A stretch of DNA of 63,568 nt, the filler included, from Sluysia triapertura (taxonomy: Eukaryota), in assembly GCA_046118255.1 (NCBI GenBank). It is 5 parts of 5 records of this genome, joined end to end, with 100 filler letters (N's around TTAATTAATTAA, not from the genome) between each part and the next. Parts side by side here need not be neighbours in the genome. Positions count along the whole stretch, not along the records: positions 39,364 to 52,273 come from JBJNIA010073054.1; 4 more parts are not named here. One strand, written 5' to 3'. Below are positions 39,432 to 50,800 of the stretch, piece by piece. Position 1 is the first letter of the stretch. Every line of letters begins with the position of its first letter. A program made the position numbers and the translations under genes. The notes beneath the pieces are model-generated. The model made no database searches and was not told where the DNA came from. It saw only the letters and a program-made list of their open reading frames with translations.

Positions 39432-41759
39432 TTAATAATGTTAAAATCGCCTAATTAGCAGCAAATTATCTTCAATGTTATCACAATCTTCCATCAATTA
39501 GTAAAAAATTTGTATCACTATTGAAAATTCTTGTTAGTTGCTAGTACTATTTATACTATCGCGAAATTTTTAGTCTGATATATAATTATATTTATTTTGA
39601 TCAATAATTAATAATCATAATTTGTAATTTATAACATATTTCAATTCAATATAATATAATATTTACGAACTATTCTGATACATTAATTACAATTATTTGG
39701 ATTAATATTAATCTTAATTTGTAGTTTATAACATGTTATTTCAATATTTACTAACTACACAATAATAAATACTAGTTGTGATACATAATTTATAACGTTA
39801 TACAAATCACAATAAATACGATGTTAATTCAGTTCTACTATATAATAAATGAAATAGTTATTCTTAGTATGAATATTGTGATACTTAATCATGTTGGGTG
39901 GATGAACATTTTAAACATTTTTTGGGATTTTGATAAGTGGAACATTTTTGATTATATTTAATTAGAATATTATTTATAAAGCAACATATTTGTTGCTATA
40001 ATTATTTGATTTAAATATTATTTTTGATTTAAGTATTATTTGTATTATAAAAAAATTAAAAGTATAGAAAATTAATATGAAAATTTTGATTGGTAGTATA
40101 ACTAATTTTATTTTGTTTTAATGGATTATTATCGAAAATATCAACATTGTTTTAATGGATTATTATATCAACACTAAGTGCCTATATGGCGGATTTTAAT
40201 ATATAAACAAAATCTGGTATTACAAGATTTTTATTAACAATTATCGCAGTTTTTCAAGATGACATCCATGGTTCGGTAAAGTTCTTTTATTTAAGTTTTC
40301 TACAACTCTAATTTTAATTTAAGAGTTTCTTAAAATCCGACTCAAAATATATTAATATTTCCTGGATCGTAAAAATGCTATGTAAAGGTAAATCCAAAAC
40401 CTCAGCCTAAGAGATATTTCTTAAGGCCTAAAATCGTCATCATTATAATTATTCTTATTTTATTTTAAACATTGCATAATTATGGTAATATATTTATTAT
40501 GATTTGTTTTGAAATTTAACTTGAAATTGCTACATTTAGACAAATTTATTAATAGAATTAATTTATTTAAGCCTGATAACATTAGGAAATTTTGATTTAA
40601 TTATATCAATTTTAACTTTATGATTTACCAAACAAATGCAAAAATAAACACTTACTTGATTTATTTTACAAAAATTTTTAATTATATTTAGGTTTTGTTG
40701 TGGTCTAATCATTTTCTGAGTATGCCTGGCCATATAGAAAATTGAGGTCCTAAAAAAGGAAAATAATGTAAAAATCTAAATCGATTTATATAAGAGTGAG
40801 TAAAACTAAAATCTAATATTACTTCAAAGTTCTGTTGGTTTCTCCAGTCTACTGGTGATGATGTCATGCTTAATAATAAGGTACTGATCCTACGATGATG
40901 ATCATTGAGAAACTAAACAGGTTTCTAATTTCAAAGGCTTCGTGACCATAGATACAATTTCTGCCATATCGGGAACATTCACCATTCTGCATTCTTCCAT
41001 ATCATGTTTATAATATTTGCATTGATGAGCTTTTTTAGGCGAAGATATGTTGTTACTATATTAACGTTTTACATTGTCAGTCTTTACTTTTGTCATGTTT
41101 TTTACTAATGGTATAATTTTATTTGTGATCACATTGATAGGGACATGTATACTGTTATCTATTTTCATCACGATATAAATTGAAGCATTAAGATGGTTGG
41201 TATTGAATCGTTTTATTTGAAAGTCATGAGATATTGCAGTGAATTTTCTTATATCATCTTGTTTTGCGTTTTGTTTGTCTACTAATTTTAACATACAATT
41301 TGAAGGCAAAGTGCGAATTTCGATTCTATAATTTGTTCTTTAACGAATTCTAATATTTTAAATTCTAATCGATCGAATTGTACAATTAGCACTAATTTTA
41401 ACGAATTATAATCCTGTTAAGTTTGGTGCTGCTTGGTTGGACAATGGACAATACAACAGAATTTAACATTTATAATTAACAATCATTCTTAAATAATTTG
41501 TTTAACAATTATTTAATTTTATCTTTAATTGAAATATTAATTAACAATTATTTTATTATTTGAAGAAAGTTGAAAAAACAATTACTTTTATTTTTATTTA
41601 TTCAAAAATTTTTATTTGAAATATTAACAATTATTTTATTTTTATTTGAAAAAACAATTACTTTTATTTTTATTCAAGAAATTATTTTATCAACACTGCA
41701 ATAAAATCCAATATTCTTAAATAGAAATATTAAACTAATAATTTATTTAAATAAACTAA

Positions 41760-42490
41760 TTAATGAAAATTTTGTTCTAACGAAACAATTTCAAGATGGA
41801 GAATCGAAAAAGAGTATAAATAAATAAAATTTTAAATTAAAAGAGAAGTTTTTAGGAAATAAATCGAAAGTAGAAGAGTTCCAGAACCAATTTTTTGAAA
41901 TAAAATTTATTGTCAATGTCCATGCAGAAGTAATTTTTATAAAATTTCTAATTTTAAAATAATAGGGATTCTAAAATACTCACGTCACTTAATTTTTGCA
42001 TTTTCACCTAGACCGTAACTGGCTAGGTCAACTTTTGATAAAATCAGATAATTTTCAAACATCAACTAAGCCATAAGCTTAAGTTGACAAATTCGGTATT
42101 GATATTATAATAGTTCTCATTGTTTATTATATCATTGGTATACATATATAAGTTTTTTGTACACTAAAAGAATAGAAGTTAGTACTTGTTTTTTATTATT
42201 TGTAACAATTAAAATAATTTAAAATTTGACCAGACCCCTAAAAAGGCTGGTTTAAAGCCAAAAATAATTAAAATTTGACCAGACCGTAAAAAGGCTGGTT
42301 AACTAGTATTTCTCTTGTTGATCATTTACGGCAATTAGTAAATCTACTCCTTTAACTAGATATCAACGTCTACCAGCATAATTACCCCATTGCCTCAGCT
42401 AATTCTTCTAAGACTCAAATCTAATTAGAGTGTCTTCATTTTGATATAAATCATGCCTGATTAGTCGGACGGACTTACAGAGGCATTTTG
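41760..42490 (+). mobile_element. LTR-like repeat family D, left copy
   Basis: Colinear diverged blocks shared with 44750-45495: TCCATGC, TTTTCACYTAGAYCGTAACTGGCTARGTYAACTT, AGACCGTAAAAGGCT, TCTTCTAA, GGAC..., ATTTTGC. Ends approximate. Confidence 0.65.
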
Positions 42491-43284
42491 CATTTTAAGA
42501 GAAAATCTTGTAATCCAAAAATTCACGTTTAGGTAGCATAGTTTCCATAAACAATTTCTTTATGCGGAAATAAATTCAAAAATAGATATAAGTTCTTAAA
42601 AGTATCACCGTAAACTTCTAATTTTTTACAACAGTGTTAAGTATTATACTCTAAATATTCAGTTTAATACAATTTCAATAAACCGTAAAGTAGAATTATC
42701 TAATAAACACAATTAAATTTTAATTGTAAATTGTAAAATTAATTTGTTACTGTGAAATTAAAAGTTATTTTTATTTTTTGAGATTACTATGATGATTGGA
42801 CGTGATTGGATAGCCAATCAAGCAACAAGTGTACAAAATACTATTTTTACTCTGTAAATAATAAGTAATGAAAGTAAGTCAGTCCATGATTGGGCGTCCA
42901 GTGAGATGAGGCAAAACATAAAACAGAAAGACAATTAATTGGACGTCCAATCAATTGAAATAATCGACTTAGTAACTGTCACCAGTTGACAGTTTAATAT
43001 AATATAGTAACTTAGTTTAATGAACAGTCAACTGTTGAAGACCAAACTAAATAAATTAATTTGTAAAAAGATAATAATATATAATATTAATGGTAAATAA
43101 TACTGTTAAATAATAATAATTTTAGTGAATAAAATATAATAATAGTAACAAAAAAAACAAAAATAAAAACATAAATTTCATCTTTTATTTCTTATATTGT
43201 GAAGACGATCTTCCTTTTAATTATTCTGTTTCTAGACATTTAAATTCCTTAAAAAATGATTTATAATGTAATAAGTGTAATAAT

Positions 43285-43458
43285 TGTGATAATTGTAATA
43301 AATACGGGCACTCTACAAGAAACTTCGTAAAGTTAAAACAGAATATGTTTAGTCAGGATATCCCTAAAGTAAGGGGCCCTCAACAACAAAGATATCAAAG
43401 CCCTAATAGGAAAGTAAGGTTTAATGATAATAAAAACGACAATTATAAAATCAAATAG
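43285..43458 (+). mobile_element. gag C-terminal fragment (zinc knuckle), same family as 8162-9160
   Basis: CDNCNKYGHSTRNFVKLKQNMFSQDIPKVRGPQQQRYQSPNRKVRFNDN compared with CDNCN*K*HYARDCRKLRQEVFTQDFTKVCGP*QQRYQNSNRKVSFNDN at 9014-9160. Confidence 0.85.
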
Positions 43459-43606
43459 ATTACAATGAATATGAAGATCAATACCAATATAGAGAAGAAT
43501 ATGAAGAACCTAGAAGAAACAGGAAGCATAACTAGGAACAAAGATGAGAATTTAGTAGCGAAAAAGATGAATACTGAAAATTAATAACAGATGAAGAAAA
43601 TAATGC

Positions 43607-44095
43607 ATGGTAGGAGAATTTCATATCACTGGATTAGATTGTGATATAAATCGATTTAAGGACACTTAGGTTTGTCCTGAATCAAAACCAGAGTTAGAAT
43701 AAAAGACATGAAAATATTAAATGTTTACAAGGAAGGAAATTTAATCACAGCTTTGGTTAGAGAATGTTTAGTCAAAAGATCTATAGTCATATGGTATTGT
43801 GGACAGCATAGCCATTCATCAATTATTGATATTTCTAATGTATTAAAACCATTTAAGATATTACCCAATAATTGTCGTGATGCTTTCGAAACTGGATACA
43901 TAAATCTAAATGAGAGATAAACTTAAAATTAAAAATAATGCAAAATTAATTTATAATGTAAGAACCCCAGGTACTTGCGAAAGGGGTTCAATAGTGTACG
44001 AAGGGAAAATTTATAATAATGTAGTGGCGCAAGAAACATATGTTGTAAGTTTAAAATCCTTCAATTAAAGTTTCGATCTAGAAAAGGAACAATGA
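43607..44095 (+). mobile_element. Degenerate envelope glycoprotein fragment, chuvirus-G/herpes-gB-like (class III fusion) type
   Basis: MVGEFHITGLD...VCPESKPE; MKILNVYKEGNLITALVRECLVKRSIVIWYCGQHSHSSIIDISNVLKPFKILPNNCRDAFETGYINL; after a +1 shift LKIKNNAKLIYNVRTPGTCERGSIVYEGKIYNNVVAQETYVVSLKSF. The order C-x9-YCGxHSHxS, CRxxxETG, GxC...NVVxQ matches chuvirus-type glycoproteins as I recall them. Confidence 0.75.
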
Positions 44096-44749
44096 TGTCG
44101 CGACCATTTTGTAAAAGTAATCAAACGTTAATATTCAACAAAATTTTCCTTAGTAAACACAATAAAAATACGATTCTCAAAATTAAACTTGTAATCGAAA
44201 ATTTATGCTCTAGAAATGTCTATAAATAATTCAAAAAATGATTCACAAAATAACGTAATTAATGACTTGTTCTAATTTCATAAATACTTATTAACACTAT
44301 TTATATTATTTACTTATTTCGCGTTGGCATTAAAACATTGATACATGACTAATTTGTGCGTGATACTAGATATGATTAATTTTTGCTAAACTACTTTTGA
44401 ATTTGTACTTGATAATAAGATTTTAGTAATCCTTTAATATAATTATTAACATAATAATTATTAATATAAGATAATTTCTTTTAATAATATAATTATATAA
44501 TACAGTGAGATCGTAATTTAACATTAACATGTACTTGTGAATTTAACATTAACACTTTATTTTTACTTGGTATTACATTTATTTTATTGGTTTTATTATA
44601 ATTATTTTATTATTGGTATTAAATTATTTATTTTTATTATACTTAACAAATATAACAAATTAAATAAATAAACTTAAATTTTATTTATAAAAATTTAATA
44701 AATTAAATCAATTAAGTTTAATAAATTAAATTAAATTGTTAAATTAAAA

Positions 44750-45495
44750 AATGAGTTTTGTTTAAATGGATTATTTTTCAAAATATAGGACAATAAAGCA
44801 ATATTTTGTATATAAGAATGACAAAATTTTCAACAAACCATAGAGCAAAACAATATCAAAAAATCATCACAGAAAAATCCATTCAATTTTTTATATGTTC
44901 CATGCTAAAATAAGATTTTGTTTAATAAGTTTTACATTCTCACCGTAACCGGGAGAATTAAAATCTACTTCAAATATTTAATTTATTTTCACTTAGATCG
45001 TAACTGGCTAAGTTAACTTCTATATAAACTTTATTGCACTAAATCAATAAGAATTAAGTGATAAAAGTGAGTATCATTATTATATTGTACAAAATTCCTT
45101 CTTGGTCTTTGATAATATACATTCTAAGAGTTTGTGATTGTTTATTAAATAATAAAATATCATTTATTATCGCTAGACCGTAATAGGCTAGCTAAATATT
45201 ATAAAATATAAAGAAAGTTTTTACAATTAGACCGTAAAAGGCTAATTTAAAATACTGTTTATTTAAAGTTTATTTAATACTGTAAAAAGGCTAATTCAAA
45301 ATATATAAATTATAATTAATTTGAATAGCTAGTGGGTATTGCTAACGAGATTAATAACACAATAAAAGTATTCTCGTAATACGTGACTCTTCTAAAATCG
45401 AATTACATTACTTCTTAAAAGCCTAATAGACCGCCTTCGACCAGATACAAGACGTTTCTGTTAGGTGGACTCGCCTCAAAAGTTATATTTTGCAA
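44750..45495 (+). mobile_element. LTR-like repeat family D, right copy
   Basis: Diverged direct repeat of 41760-42490. Carries five bulged-A hairpins (one degenerate) and the AGGTGGACTCG motif at ~45463. Confidence 0.65.
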
Positions 45496-47014
45496 GTAGA
45501 TAAGATTAAAATCTTCGCAATACTTTTAATAAAGTTAATAATTAATATAATACAATAATAATTGAGATATTAAAATACTAAACTAATAAGTTAAAAACCA
45601 TTTTCTTTATTACATAATTACAATTTATATTATTTACATATGCATATACATTAGTAATTTTATGATAACTATTTGAATTTATTACCATTCAGAATAAAAA
45701 TATAACAGATAAAAAACCACTAATACATTTAGGTAATAAAATCAAAATTATATTATAAAAAATTAACATATAAGATCAATTGGAAAAAACTATAAAATCA
45801 AAAGACCACCAATTTAATTTTAGTGGTTGTTTTGTATTTTTTATGATTATTTGGTTTAATGATAATGGGCAATATATATTGCAAAGTGTGTGGGTTTGCT
45901 AAGAGTTTTAAGAACCATTCTTTATAATTACAAAACAAATTGAAATAACGTTTATTTAATTTCGAATAACTTATAATTACATAATTAAAATGCATTGTCT
46001 CTAAATTGTAAAAATAGTCAGATGTATAATTTTTAATTAATATTAAGATAACCTTAGACAGTTTCATAACAGTATTAATAAACAATGGGATAATGAAAAA
46101 ATAAGACAATAGAAATTTATAAAGGTAAAATATATAACACAAAGAATGAAAATTGTAAATTCTTACACAAAATACTTGAATCTGAAGCAAAGTCAACACA
46201 TGTTCAAGATCAGACCACGTTAAAGTCGAGAAACAGCAATGAATCAGTTAGATGTTGGATGCTAGATAGTAGTTCCTTAATCATGACGTTTTCGTTACCG
46301 ATACAATATACTGACGCATTTATTTTGTCTGATAGAGAATGACCAGTCGATAACCTGGATGAATTTGTTTTAGTGAGGTAACCTAAATTTGTCGATGCCT
46401 ATTTCTTTCGTTATTGATGTGCCTTTGATTGGGCAGTTGACTTTATCTAGGTTTACATTATTATACATAAGGATTGATTTGCCTTTACTAAATATAAACA
46501 TGACTTGATCTACGTTTACATTGTTAAACATCAAGATTGCTTTATCTTTATTTACATTAATAAATAGAAATAACTTTATCGTGAAGTTTAAAACTCAGTT
46601 TTTACTTCGTCGACATGAACAATTCCTAAGATAAAAAAGAATTATTCAAGCCACACAAAGTATTTCCAAATCCTCTATGGATAATCCTTTTATTTGCTGA
46701 TAGAATATTTGTTCAGAAATTGTTTTAACTACTATTTTAATTACACCAATACAAGAAATTTTGTTTTGAGTAATCTCTATAAGTGAATCAAATTTGCAAC
46801 ATTTTACGTTGCGGTATGTTAGAAAGTTATTAAAATTTTATTAGTATTATTATTATCCTGCAATTATTTTTCATTAATTGAGCAATATGTGGTTGGTACA
46901 GTGTTGCTAGCATTTGCTAGAGAATTACTTTAAAAGTGTAACAATGGTTTTAACTGCAAAACCTGTTAATAAGCAATGCTTCAGAGAGTTATTAAGATTG
47001 TTAAATTCATTTCA

Positions 47015-47890
47015 TTTAAAATGTTCTTTTAATTGCAACAGACGAAATTTAGATAAACATTGAACTAAAGCTGTTTTAATGATTCCTTTCAACAGTTTTG
47101 GTTCAACTATTTTAAACAATTGATCACGCCCGAATTAAGTCAGAACCAAGTCGGACAATAACTTTTTTAACTTATTTTTCGTGAGAATATTGTTTAATGT
47201 TTGCATGCATCGGTTCTCAATTCGATATGAAATATCAATAAATTCTTAATGTATGGTTTAAATGTCCTTTTCTGGCGTCGCTGATAAGCCCAAAACTCGA
47301 AATAAACATTGTTAAAATTTACCAGTTAATAAACGTATTACTTGATAAAAAGCATGATTTACAGTTGCTGTGAACCTCATCCGAAACTCTAAAGACAATA
47401 TCTTCACTAGGAAAAATTAACTATTACTTAATCAAAACTATTACTTAATACTTGAGCAGTTAAAAAGAAAACACGTTATATATATCCATAAATGAGTTCA
47501 TGAAACAACTGCAATAGAACCAATCATTTCAACTATTTCTGATGAATTTATTGATAAACAATATTGGCATGCTACCATTTGTTGATGTACCAATGGTGTA
47601 GTTGGAGCAACAATTATCAATTTACCTTTGGATATCAACGGTAAAAGTTAAACATAGAGATTGTTTCAAATTTGTTGATAAACAAATCGGAGTGTTTCTG
47701 AATAGACGTTGTTGAACAATTTGAAGTTGATAATTACGAATCATTTAATGAATAATCACATGTCTTTATTTGGTCATGATTATTTTCAGTTATTGGATAA
47801 GCAAGTGGTTTTTAGCGATGGTCCCGTTGAGGGCTCAATTGTTTTATTGTTTACTTGCACACTATTATCAAATAAAGTTGTTTGTTTCAT
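47015..47890 (-). pseudogene. FANCM: FANCM/Mph1 DEAH-helicase intronless pseudogene (N-terminal part)
   Basis: Minus strand with stops and shifts: MKQTTLFD...; IRNYQLQIVQQRLFRNTPICLSTNL; SMFNFYR*YP/GKLIIVAPTTPLVHQQMVACQ...IVEMIGS...HLW...FLLTAQVLSN; VSDEVH/ATVNHAFYQVIRLL...FRVLGLSATPEKDI; IKNLLIFHIELRTD; NIKQYSHENKL/KVIVRLGSDL; LSKFRLLQLKEHFK. These are colinear with FANCM (QxTLF N-terminal PIP-like motif, RDYQ, YNFYRWFP.GK...APTKPLV.QQ, DEAH, LSATPG, NL.I..IELR). Walker A GKT is deleted. Confidence 0.92.
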
Positions 47891-50800
47891 TAAAATTATT
47901 GAGATTGAACGTATATAGTATTACTCCAAATTTAAAACTAAACACATAACGAACAATTATTATTTAGCTCCATTCTAAACATAATTTCAAGCTTTAGCTT
48001 ATGAATTTGGTGATGGATTAATATCAGATGTGGTAATTGAGCTTGTAGGAACAATATTTATTTATGTAAATAAAACTTGAGATTGTATTGTAAACTGAGT
48101 GTGATAAGATAAAAGATATAAAAGTTATAAAAGGTAATATAAAGCTGAGAAAAGTTAAGAGTATTGAAATAATTAAAATGCGAGTTAGAATGGAAAGGAA
48201 AAAATAAAATGGAAGGTTAAGGAGATTTAAGGAACTTAATATAAAAATTTTATTCTTAAAATTATTTATTTTAAAGTTTATTTTGATGTTGCTTAGATTG
48301 TTACGTATTTATGTGACTGTGCAAATGTTTATTGTTTAGTATGATAAATGGAGAGGTTGAACCACCACATTTATATCGTGTAACTAGCAGATTTGTGGAT
48401 ATTGTTTATTATCAAATTATTCGTGGAGCTTGTTTGCAGAAACTATTCATTATCGAATTATCTGACATTGCTAGTTTGTCGAACAAAACCTATGTGTAAG
48501 TTTTACATGTAAGTTTTAGTCTGAGGTAAAAAATAAAATTAATAAATTCTAAATTTGGTAAATTATAAAATAGGTTATAAAATCGAAATACCTAGTTGAT
48601 TTATTTAAATTTACTCAATTAAAATTGATAAATTGAATTTCAGTGTTGATTCTCGTTTATATAAATCTGTATATAATTTTGCTATTTAATTCTGTTAATT
48701 AAAATTAATAATTTGAATTTTATTGTAATTTCTGTTTGTATATATATATGACATGTCATCTATTTACGTTGTAAAAACTATTTTGAAAGGCGTATTTGTG
48801 TTATGAATTGTTAAATTATTATATAATGAATATTATTAATAGATTATCATTAATAGATTAATAAAATATTAAATGAAATTATTTTTGAAATTATTTAAAT
48901 ATCAGCTTAAAAGAACACACAAAATTATCAGTTAACTAAGAATAAATTTAATTACTAATTTCTATTGTTAAAAATTTGGTTATAAATATTTAATTCTAAA
49001 TTCAATAATTAAAAAATTCCACATTGTGATTCATAATAAATCGAATATAAATAGGTAAGTATATTTTTCTAAAAAATCAATAATTAAAAATTTTAAAGAC
49101 AGTAGTAAAATTGTTAGTTAGAAAATTCAGATACCTTTTTCCATTGATATTACAGATAAGGTTTTTTCACGATTTAGAACGTGAATATAAAATCATCTTA
49201 AATTCTGGATTAGTTTTTGGTAACTTTTTAAAGTAATTACACATGAAATTTAATTCAAATTCATTTTATAACAATTATTATTATAGAGATAATAATTGAA
49301 TAAATTGCATATTTAGATACATCTTACAATAATTATTATAAGACTGCCTTATATAAAATTTTGCACTTTTAAAATCTTCTAAATTTTGTAATTCACTTTT
49401 TTGATCCCTTTAAAATGGATCGATTAGTAAAATAATTTCTATATAGTTTTAAAGTATTTTAAAATTGTTGCACTATTTTGAGTAATCGTTGGTGTATAAT
49501 ACCGAACTATAAAATCAATTTTCTTTTCACAAGTTCTGTTTAAATAGAACTTCAGTAAACTACCTTTTCGTAATTAATTTCGCTGTATAGCGGAACTCTG
49601 ATCATTGATAAAGTTAAGGTTATAAACGTTTAATCTTGCATAAGCAGAATCAGAATATTTAAGAATTCCTAACATAATTTAGGAAATAGGAACTCAGAAT
49701 GAAGTACAAGTCACACAGTTCATAAAAAATTACATTAAATGTATAATTAATCGGCCTCTTAAGTTCTTTTTGTTAGAAAATTTATCTTGGATAAAATCCT
49801 ACGAACTAGCCGTAATTTGTAAGACTAGGATCGCAGGCGAACTTGTAACATACAACTTATTTATTGTTCAGGATAAACTTATGATTAATAAAAAACTAAA
49901 TTAATGATAAAAATTTCAATAAAATTTTGTTTAGTCCCACTTGTGTTGGTAAATAAACAAGGGTTGAAAATAGAGTAACGAAGTGAATTAAAATTTCCAA
50001 AGTTTTAATAAAGTGAATTAAAGTTTTGATAAAGTAAACAAGGCTTTACGTTATAACAAAAGCTTAAAGGATAAGTTGATAAAGTCTTCATATTCATTTT
50101 GTAAGTTTAAGAAAAAAACTTGCGATGGGCACGTTTGTTCAAGACCATAAACAAGTTTAGAACTAAATCCAAAATTTAAGCCTAAAATATAAACCTGAAA
50201 TTATGACGTATTTGACAAATGTGTGCAATATTATGTCAGCAGTTCAAAGTAGATTCGAGTTATAAAGATATAAATTGATTCTATAGTCATTTGAAGCATA
50301 ATCTAAACAAAAGTTATTATTAAGTAATCGTTAATTGTGGTTACAACTTTAACACCAAATATAAAGCTAATTTCATAAGTAGAAATCTATAAGTTATTTA
50401 TCACAATATTAAGATTATATTAATAAAATGCTACAAATTAATTACTTAATCTCAATTTTATTATGTTTATTATATAATTTAATATAATCTAGTATTATAA
50501 CTTCTATTCTGATAATTGAAGCTTCTAAAATTTATTTAACTGGTTCACAAACTGAGAAATTTTGACGTAAAAACGCGAAATTGAAGAGCAAAGGCACCTA
50601 ATCAATAAATTTTTGTAGAATTTCCACTTATCAATAACAAATCATGCATCATAAACTACTTAAATAATCCAGTTTAAGATTAAAATCAGTCTAATGTGTA
50701 TCAGTAAAAGTTAGAAAAATAGTAAATTTATATAATTCAAATCAAAATTGTTTATATATTGTAGAACATGAGAAATAGCAGTAGTGTGATCAAAATAAAA

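Noticed and set aside
42006-45296. Hairpin repeats as a CRISPR array
   Set aside because: Eukaryotic context, irregular spacing, variable repeat sequence and no cas genes.
45798-46199. 133-aa hydrophobic minus-strand ORF (also 51026-51286 and 55827-56051)
   Set aside because: F/I/L/K/Y/N-rich composition expected by chance in such AT-rich DNA; no motif recognised.
16414-47890. Stop-codon reassignment as an explanation for the many in-frame stops
   Set aside because: Intact innexin and LAP exons have no internal stops and LAP ends in TAG. The stop-containing regions also have frameshifts and deletions.
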